Below, one piece after another: positions 49,998-56,190 of a stretch of DNA of 56,190 bases. Location of the stretch: positions 1 through 56,190 of IMG/VR virus record IMGVR_UViG_3300047476_001428; one strand, 5' to 3'. The position numbers were made by a program, and so were the translations under genes. Under the pieces are notes generated by a model. It was not told the origin of the DNA and ran no database searches. It saw only the letters and a list, made by a program, of their open reading frames with translations. The stretch is from a virus (lineage: Duplodnaviria; Caudoviricetes). Positions within the stretch are counted from its first letter, which is position 1; each line of letters starts with the position of its first letter.

Positions 49998-50591
49998 ATG
50001 AGCGAAGAAATTGATTTATTAAGAGACGAATTAAGTAAAATTCTAAAACAACTTCAAGAAGAATCTGAAGGCGAAACTAAGTATGAAATTGAAGAAATTG
50101 CTGGTGTTAATTTGAAAGAACTTGAAAAAGCATTTGACAATCAACAACCTAAAATGACTTTGGAGTTTATTAAAATTCATCCAGATGCTGTAAGTCCAAA
50201 ATATAATTACCCAACAGACTCAGGTTTTGATTTACACTCAACTGAAGGTGTTGGTATCCCACCACAATCAAGAATGATTGTTGGTACAGGTTTGAAATTT
50301 AATATTAAAGATGGTTTTGAAATGCAAGTAAGACCTAAAAGTGGGTTAGCATTAAAACAAGGATTGACGGTTTTGAATACACCTGGTACTGTTGATTCAG
50401 GATATGACGGAGAAGTTAAAGTTATTCTATATAATTCATCACATGACACCGTTTACATTGAAAGAGGTCAGAAAATTGCTCAGGCATGTATTTGTCCTGT
50501 AGTAAATGGTAAATGGATTCAAACAAAAGAAGTAACAGAAATTAGTGGAAAAGATAGAGGTGATAATGGTTTTGGTTCAACAGGAATATGA
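49998..50591 (+). CDS. dut: Trimeric dUTPase with an acidic N-terminal extension
   Basis: DSGFDL, RPKSG, GTVDSGYDG, KIAQ and RGDNGFGSTG motifs. Confidence 0.93.
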   Translation: MSEEIDLLRDELSKILKQLQEESEGETKYEIEEIAGVNLKELEKAFDNQQPKMTLEFIKIHPDAVSPKYNYPTDSGFDLHSTEGVGIPPQSRMIVGTGLKFNIKDGFEMQVRPKSGLALKQGLTVLNTPGTVDSGYDGEVKVILYNSSHDTVYIERGQKIAQACICPVVNGKWIQTKEVTEISGKDRGDNGFGSTGI

Positions 50592-52018
50592 TTACAATAG
50601 GCTTTAGTACAAGAAAAATTGACGAAAATTACATCACATTACTTGAAAAAAGTTGTGGAAATAAAAACGTACAAATAATACCAATAGAAAACAATGGCGA
50701 ATACTCATTGTCTGAGGTATATAATAAGATTTTAGACCAAGCAGAAAACGACATTGTTGTTTTATGTCACGATGACTTAAAGTTTGATACAACAGGTTGG
50801 GTTTATAAATTAAAATCTCATTTTGAGAAAAACCCTGAATATGGTATTATCGGTTTAGCGGGTTCCAAATACATGCCAAAGTCTGGTATGTGGTGGGAAG
50901 TACAATCAACGATGTATGGTATTGTAAACCATGAACACGAAGGTAAGAAATGGGAATCAAAATACTCAAAAGAAATTGGTAATAAACTTGAACCAACTGT
51001 TATGGTAGATGGTTTATTCTTTGCGGTTCACAAACAAAGAATCAAAAAGAATTTTGACGAAACAGTTAAAGGATTTCATTTTTATGATGTAACATTTTCA
51101 TTCCAAAACTATTTGGAAGGTGTTAAAGTTGGTGTTTGTACTGACATACGTGTAACCCACTTGTCTATTGGTCAAACAAACGAACAATGGGAATCAAACA
51201 GAGTCGAATTTGCAAAGAAATTTGAAGATGTATTACCAGTTGATAACACAATTTCAGATAAAACGTTAAAAACCTTTATTTTTGTTCACGACCAAGATTT
51301 GGTTGAGTTGTTTGAAGAGAACAATAAATTCAAAGGTTTCAATGATTATACTTATGTGTTTGTTGGAAACAGACCTTGTAATAAAATTGAGAATTTATCA
51401 AATGTTATTATTTCAAGAAACTATGAAGGTCACTTGGAAGATTACCCTAAGTTAACATCATTTAGTGGTTGGTACACATTGTGGAAACACAAGTTAATTG
51501 ATACTGAATATGTAAACTTATTTGAGTATGACGTAAACTACGTACCTGATTTCTTACCACAGATTTCAAAAATGTTATATGATAAACAAGATATGATTGG
51601 ATATATTCCATTTCCAGCACCTCATCAAATGTTTATTCAACACCCACCATTCATTGATACCTTATTCAGAACAATCAGAAAGACATACCATCTTGATATT
51701 CAAAGATTGTTGATGAACGCAATTAATGAGGGTAAAATGGCCTACTGGTCATCAACATCTAACACAACATTTAGAAAGAGTGTCTTTGACCAATACATGA
51801 ATTGGATGTCACCTATGGTAGATGAAATTAAAGTCGACCCAAATGCAGGTCACTTACATGAAAGGTCAATTACTATCTTTGCATCAATGAAAAATAAAAA
51901 ATTGATACTTACAAATGGTTTCTTAAAACATTATCAAATGGATTCACATAAAACACAAGGACATTATGTGGATGAAAAAAGTTCAATAAACCAACTTTTA
52001 GAAAATAAAGTACAATAA
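50588..52018 (+). CDS. Two-domain glycosyltransferase (GT2-like plus a second GT-like domain)
   Basis: 'SLSEVYN', 'VLCHDD', 'VDGLF' and 'FHFYD' in the N-terminal domain; 'FEYD' and 'HLHER' in the C-terminal domain. Confidence 0.72.
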   Translation: MITIGFSTRKIDENYITLLEKSCGNKNVQIIPIENNGEYSLSEVYNKILDQAENDIVVLCHDDLKFDTTGWVYKLKSHFEKNPEYGIIGLAGSKYMPKSGMWWEVQSTMYGIVNHEHEGKKWESKYSKEIGNKLEPTVMVDGLFFAVHKQRIKKNFDETVKGFHFYDVTFSFQNYLEGVKVGVCTDIRVTHLSIGQTNEQWESNRVEFAKKFEDVLPVDNTISDKTLKTFIFVHDQDLVELFEENNKFKGFNDYTYVFVGNRPCNKIENLSNVIISRNYEGHLEDYPKLTSFSGWYTLWKHKLIDTEYVNLFEYDVNYVPDFLPQISKMLYDKQDMIGYIPFPAPHQMFIQHPPFIDTLFRTIRKTYHLDIQRLLMNAINEGKMAYWSSTSNTTFRKSVFDQYMNWMSPMVDEIKVDPNAGHLHERSITIFASMKNKKLILTNGFLKHYQMDSHKTQGHYVDEKSSINQLLENKVQ

Positions 52019-52677
52019 TGAATTATGTGAGTTTCAGTTTGTGGGGTAACCAACCAATTTATAACGTTGGTGCTATCAGAAATGCAGAACTTATGAAAAC
52101 AATCTATCCTGATTGGAAAATGATTGTTTATTATGACAACACAGTCCCAACTGAAACAATTGAAAAATTGAATGAGTTGGGTGTTGTTGTTAAAGATATG
52201 ACAGGTACGGATATCTATGGTATGTTTTGGAGATTTTTTGCTCATGATGAATCTGATTGTCAATATTCCGTTTTCAGGGATGCTGATGCCAGAATAACTG
52301 AAAGAGAAAAACTTGCTGTAGATGAATGGATTAATAGTGGAAAATCAATCCACGTAATGAGAGACCATCCCGCACACCAAATTCCATATGGAAATAATTC
52401 ATTAGGAATACTTGGTGGTATGTGGGGAATTAAATCAGGTGTTATTCCACTAACGGATTTAATACGAAGATTTCCAAAATCTAAAGAACTCCAATATGGT
52501 AATGACCAAACATTCTTAAAGACCATATACTCAATTTTTCAAGATGATAGATGTACTCATGATGAATTTTTTGAGAATAAACCTTTCCCTATCAAAAGAA
52601 ACCCTGGTGAGTTTATTGGAAGTCGTATTGACCAAAATGATAAACCATTTGGGACCGACCACTTGGCCGTATCGTAA
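52018..52677 (+). CDS. Putative glycosyltransferase (DxD-type)
   Basis: 'SFSLWG...Y..GA..NA', 'MFWRF', RDADAR, 'MRDHP.H', GGMWG and 'DQ.FL' motifs. Confidence 0.6.
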   Translation: MNYVSFSLWGNQPIYNVGAIRNAELMKTIYPDWKMIVYYDNTVPTETIEKLNELGVVVKDMTGTDIYGMFWRFFAHDESDCQYSVFRDADARITEREKLAVDEWINSGKSIHVMRDHPAHQIPYGNNSLGILGGMWGIKSGVIPLTDLIRRFPKSKELQYGNDQTFLKTIYSIFQDDRCTHDEFFENKPFPIKRNPGEFIGSRIDQNDKPFGTDHLAVS

Positions 52678-52688
52678 AAAATATTACA

Positions 52689-53420
52689 ATGACAAAAAAA
52701 ATTTTAGTCTTAGTTCAAGAACATGACACAACAGATGAGGTATTTTTAACATATAAAAAAACTTGGTTAAAAATAATTCAATATATTAAGGATAAAAAAA
52801 TACCTATGGACGTATTATTCTTAAATACAAATGAGAGTATTAATGAAGAATATGAAATCATTGACAATACAATTTACAGTAAATACGAAGAAAATTATTG
52901 GGACGCGTTATTGATAAAAGTCATGAACGGGTTTGATTTTTTTATGAAAAACGATTATGACTTAGTCTTCAAAACTAACTTGTCGACAATAATAAATGTA
53001 GAATTATTTTATAATTTTTGTAATGAACGATATAATAATGATGAAATTGTTTATGATGGTTTTGTCGGTCATCACAATGATTTTGCATTTTGTTCAGGTG
53101 CCGGAATGTTGTTAAATAAAAATTGTGTAAACATACTTATAGACAATAAAGATAAAATAAGTAAGGAATGGACTGATGATATTTTTTTTGGATATGTTTT
53201 GAATAAATTAAACTCTATATCCCCGAATAATCGTGGGTTATCAAGATTTGACATATTGTCTGACATAAATTTAACAAATAACATTAAAAATTTCACACAC
53301 ATTCGTATAAAAATAAGAAATAATAATAAAGACATTCATTATACTAATGAGGTCTACAATATACTTTTCACTGAAGATGAATATAGGATTATCAACAATG
53401 ACCAAAAACCAAGGATGTAG
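52689..53420 (+). CDS. GT31/galactosyltransferase-like protein
   Basis: 'YDLVFKTNLST', 'FCSGAGMLL' and 'WTDDIFFG' parallel the GT31 motifs. Confidence 0.55.
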   Translation: MTKKILVLVQEHDTTDEVFLTYKKTWLKIIQYIKDKKIPMDVLFLNTNESINEEYEIIDNTIYSKYEENYWDALLIKVMNGFDFFMKNDYDLVFKTNLSTIINVELFYNFCNERYNNDEIVYDGFVGHHNDFAFCSGAGMLLNKNCVNILIDNKDKISKEWTDDIFFGYVLNKLNSISPNNRGLSRFDILSDINLTNNIKNFTHIRIKIRNNNKDIHYTNEVYNILFTEDEYRIINNDQKPRM

Positions 53421-54087
53421 GTTAAAAGAATGGGTCACATATCATAAAAATTTAGGTCACGATAAATTTATTATTTTTTTAGACAATTGTACTGACAATT
53501 CTGAAGAAGTATTAACTGAATTGAAATCAACAGGAATCGATATTGATTTTTTTTTGACTAAAGATTTTGAACTTACAATTCCAGACGCCGAGTGGGTTAG
53601 AAGGTCTCATAAAATGTACGATTTTGTACTTGAGAATTATTCTCATTTAGATTGGATATCATTTATTGAAGTTGATGAATTTATTTTTCCTCAGAAAGAG
53701 GATTTTCCATTTAGAGAATTTTTATCAGGAATTAACACTAATTGTCTGTATATTAACTCTTGGGATTTCAAACCACCATTTGATGAAACTAAAGAAATTT
53801 TAGGACAATCATATCATGTTTGGACCGACTCACAAAGATTTCACTCACCATATAGATGGAGAGGTAAATCGGTCATTAAACCAAAAGAATTTATTGAGTG
53901 TGTTGATGCACATCATTTTAGACAAAAAAATGGTGATGTGTCAAATGAATTAAAATGTGAACATGAAAATTATACACAAAAATTCTATGGAGATGAAGTT
54001 ATAATGGATGATACACTATTAAGAATTTATCATTTCCGTAATCATACAGAACCTACTCTAAACGAATATCAAGAAATAAAGTATTGA
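53377..54087 (+). CDS. GT92/GT2-like glycosyltransferase
   Basis: 'LKEWVTYH..LG', 'DNCTDNS', 'WISFIEVDEF', 'KSVI' and 'IYHF'; probable start at 53377. Confidence 0.72.
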   Translation: MNIGLSTMTKNQGCRLKEWVTYHKNLGHDKFIIFLDNCTDNSEEVLTELKSTGIDIDFFLTKDFELTIPDAEWVRRSHKMYDFVLENYSHLDWISFIEVDEFIFPQKEDFPFREFLSGINTNCLYINSWDFKPPFDETKEILGQSYHVWTDSQRFHSPYRWRGKSVIKPKEFIECVDAHHFRQKNGDVSNELKCEHENYTQKFYGDEVIMDDTLLRIYHFRNHTEPTLNEYQEIKY

Positions 54088-54088
54088 T

Positions 54089-55078
54089 ATGAAGATTGCA
54101 ATTATAGGTGGTGGATGGGTTGGTTGTCATTTGGCCAGCAAGTTAAAAAATGACCATGACATTACCTTGTTTGAAAAAAATAAATCTATTTTTGGTGAAA
54201 CATCAAGTAAAAACCAAAACAGGGTCCATGAAGGTTATCACTATGCAAGAAGTTTTAACACAAGAGAATTATGTAAAACTACAATCAATAAATTTACCGA
54301 TGAATATGGTTTTGCAATAAACAATGTTGACAAAAACTACTATTGTGTTCCCGAACATAAATCAATTGTTGATTATAAAACATACCTTCAAATTTTTAAT
54401 GGTTTTGATTTTATTGAAACTAATCATAATCTTAACAATTTAGAAGGTTGTATCTTAACATCAGAAAAACACATTGATTTTAATAAGATAAAAAATTATT
54501 TTGAAGAAAATCTTTCGGACATAATTGTAAAAAAAGAAATTAATAAAAAAGATTTATCTGACTTATCTGAAAATTTTGATTTAGTCATTAATTGTACCAA
54601 TAATCAATTAAACAATTACCATGACGATGATTTTTTTTATGAATTAACAATCTCTCTTATTTATCAAAAAATTAATGAAACTGAATTTGATTCCTTAACA
54701 ATGGTTGATGGAAAATTCTTTTCAATTTACCCATACAAAGATGATTTGTTTACATTAACTGATGTTGAACACACCCCCATTAAGAAATTCAAAAAATATA
54801 AGACACTTAAAGATTTTGAAAAAAATATCAACCCCAAAAAAGTTTCCAAAATCAAAGAAAAAATGGAACAAAAAGTTTTGGAGTACTTTCCACAGTTTAC
54901 CGATAATTTCAAATATCAAAATTATTTCTTGGCGGTAAAATCAAAGATTAACGATACCTCAGATACCCGATATCCCATCATTACTCATCAAAATAATGTA
55001 ATTAATTGTATTACAGGTAAAATACAAGGAATTTATATTATTGAAGATTATATTAATGATGTTATATTGAAGAAATGA
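54089..55078 (+). CDS. FAD-dependent oxidoreductase
   Basis: GGGWVG Rossmann motif, 'LFEK', 'NQNRVHEGYHYARS' and 'GKI'. Confidence 0.8.
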   Translation: MKIAIIGGGWVGCHLASKLKNDHDITLFEKNKSIFGETSSKNQNRVHEGYHYARSFNTRELCKTTINKFTDEYGFAINNVDKNYYCVPEHKSIVDYKTYLQIFNGFDFIETNHNLNNLEGCILTSEKHIDFNKIKNYFEENLSDIIVKKEINKKDLSDLSENFDLVINCTNNQLNNYHDDDFFYELTISLIYQKINETEFDSLTMVDGKFFSIYPYKDDLFTLTDVEHTPIKKFKKYKTLKDFEKNINPKKVSKIKEKMEQKVLEYFPQFTDNFKYQNYFLAVKSKINDTSDTRYPIITHQNNVINCITGKIQGIYIIEDYINDVILKK

Positions 55079-55836
55079 GAGTATTAATAGGTTCAACGGG
55101 TTTAGTAGGGTCAACGTTAAAAGAAAGTATAGAATTTGACTACGAATTTAACTCAAAGAATATTCACACATTTGAACAAGTGGTTCCTGATGGGTGTGAA
55201 TTATGGTTGTCATGTTTACCAGCGACAAAGTGGTTGGTAAATAAAAATCTAAAACAAGATATGGAGAATATCATGAGGATTCTAACCATAATCAAACACA
55301 AGACATACAGTAGAGTAATTCTTATCTCTACGATAGATGTTTATAACGAATCACCAATGTTATCTAATGAAGATTATAAACCAAATTTTGGGGGATTAAG
55401 TTATGGTAACAACAGATTATTATTTGAATACTTGATTGACAAGTTCTTAACCAAAGATGATTATAAAGTTTACAGATTACCAGCATTGTTTAATAATAAA
55501 ATTAAAAAGAATATTTTATTTGATTTAATGAACGACAATAATGTTGAATCGATTAATCGTAGTTCTTATTTTCAATGGTATAACTTAGACAATCTTCACA
55601 AATTCATTTCAGAAACTTGTGATATGGAACGTTGTGTTTTCAATGTATTTACTGAACCATTAAGAAGTTTGGAAATTATCGAATTGTTTCCACAACACAA
55701 AGACAAAATACCTTACACACCAGGTGGGGTTGTATATGATTACACAACTAATTTAACAGAATCTGGTTATGTACAAACTGCACAAGAAGTATTAAATGAA
55801 ATTAAACAATTAGTTGATGAATTTAGCCGTAAGTAA
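55075..55836 (+). CDS. NAD(P)-dependent epimerase/dehydratase-like protein (SDR)
   Basis: GSTGLVG, ISTIDVY, YGNNR and RLPALF motifs. Confidence 0.75.
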   Translation: MRVLIGSTGLVGSTLKESIEFDYEFNSKNIHTFEQVVPDGCELWLSCLPATKWLVNKNLKQDMENIMRILTIIKHKTYSRVILISTIDVYNESPMLSNEDYKPNFGGLSYGNNRLLFEYLIDKFLTKDDYKVYRLPALFNNKIKKNILFDLMNDNNVESINRSSYFQWYNLDNLHKFISETCDMERCVFNVFTEPLRSLEIIELFPQHKDKIPYTPGGVVYDYTTNLTESGYVQTAQEVLNEIKQLVDEFSRK

Positions 55837-56190
55837 TTTTGCTTGGGATTTTAATAATATTGACCACGTTGGTAAAATATTAAATGAAAATAACATCAAT
55901 CATATTGAATTGGTTTTTTCAAAATATAAAGATTGGTCTGAATTAAACGAATCTGAAATCCATAACTTAAAAGAATTATTAAATAAACATAACTTATCTT
56001 GTTTATCATCTCAATCATTATTCTTTAATATTGATTGTAACTCTATGGTCACTGAAAGTGAAAAATTCGTAAACCATTTTAGAACTTTAATTTCATACTC
56101 GAAAATATTAGGAATTAAAACATTGGTTTTTGGTTCACCAGGTTTAAGAAAAACTAATGATGTTATTTATTCTAATTTACATGAAACATT
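55817..56190 (+). CDS. Sugar-phosphate isomerase/epimerase (xylose isomerase-like TIM barrel), truncated by the window end
   Basis: Not in the ORF track. Hand translation: MNLAVSNFAW...HIEL...SSQSLFF...LGIKTLVFGSPGLR, open to the end of the window. Confidence 0.72.
   Translation, partial: MNLAVSNFAWDFNNIDHVGKILNENNINHIELVFSKYKDWSELNESEIHNLKELLNKHNLSCLSSQSLFFNIDCNSMVTESEKFVNHFRTLISYSKILGIKTLVFGSPGLRKTNDVIYSNLHET

Noticed and set aside
53182-53555. T8/T9 homopolymers in GT genes as phase-variation tracts
   Set aside because: A/T runs of this length are common throughout this AT-rich sequence, the frames are intact, and there are no poly-G/C tracts.
263-54912. Many short ORFs in the track that are antisense to or nested in long genes (e.g. 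5428..5664, 18874..19278, 31703..32038, 42711..42932, 44517..44948, 45949..46323)
   Set aside because: Shadow frames of well-supported genes with no motifs or independent signals. The VG-repeat ORF is just the antisense reading of the PT repeat.
1-56190. Stop-codon reassignment, as seen in some large phages
   Set aside because: Genes are full length in the standard code, and TAA, TAG and TGA all occur at sensible gene ends.
1-56190. tRNA or other structured RNA genes
   Set aside because: Intergenic gaps are at most about 120 nt and show no cloverleaf or T-loop consensus by eye. tRNAscan-SE or Infernal would be needed to exclude them formally.

Overview
A 56 kb, AT-rich, densely coding segment of a large T4-like myovirus (contractile tail). 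It reads in the standard genetic code, and I saw no tRNA, CRISPR array, integrase or transposase. From left to right it carries: (1) a replication/recombination module (start of a class II ribonucleotide reductase, gp41/DnaB-like helicase, 5'-3' exonuclease, UvsX/RecA, gp32-like SSB); (2) a baseplate, tape-measure, chaperone, tube, sheath and neck module; (3) an SNF2 helicase, an Mn/Fe-SOD fused to a nuclease-like domain, a gp13-like neck protein and a family B DNA polymerase; (4) two glycosylation gene arrays flanking a small late operon that includes a WYL protein. The best candidate for a new system is a phage-encoded, mucin-type protein O-glycosylation pathway. A GT60-type polypeptide GlcNAc-transferase lies directly behind a Pro/Thr (PTVT) repeat lectin protein, followed by six more glycosyltransferase-like genes, all between virion genes. 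A second arm adds more transferases and sugar-converting enzymes. Regulatory signals read from the DNA include a recurrent sense-strand TATTTAT motif (putative late promoter, 15 copies), an 11-bp hairpin hiding the SOD start region with that motif in its loop, and a likely +1/-2 frameshift in the tail chaperone. All family assignments are by-eye motif recognition, not database searches.
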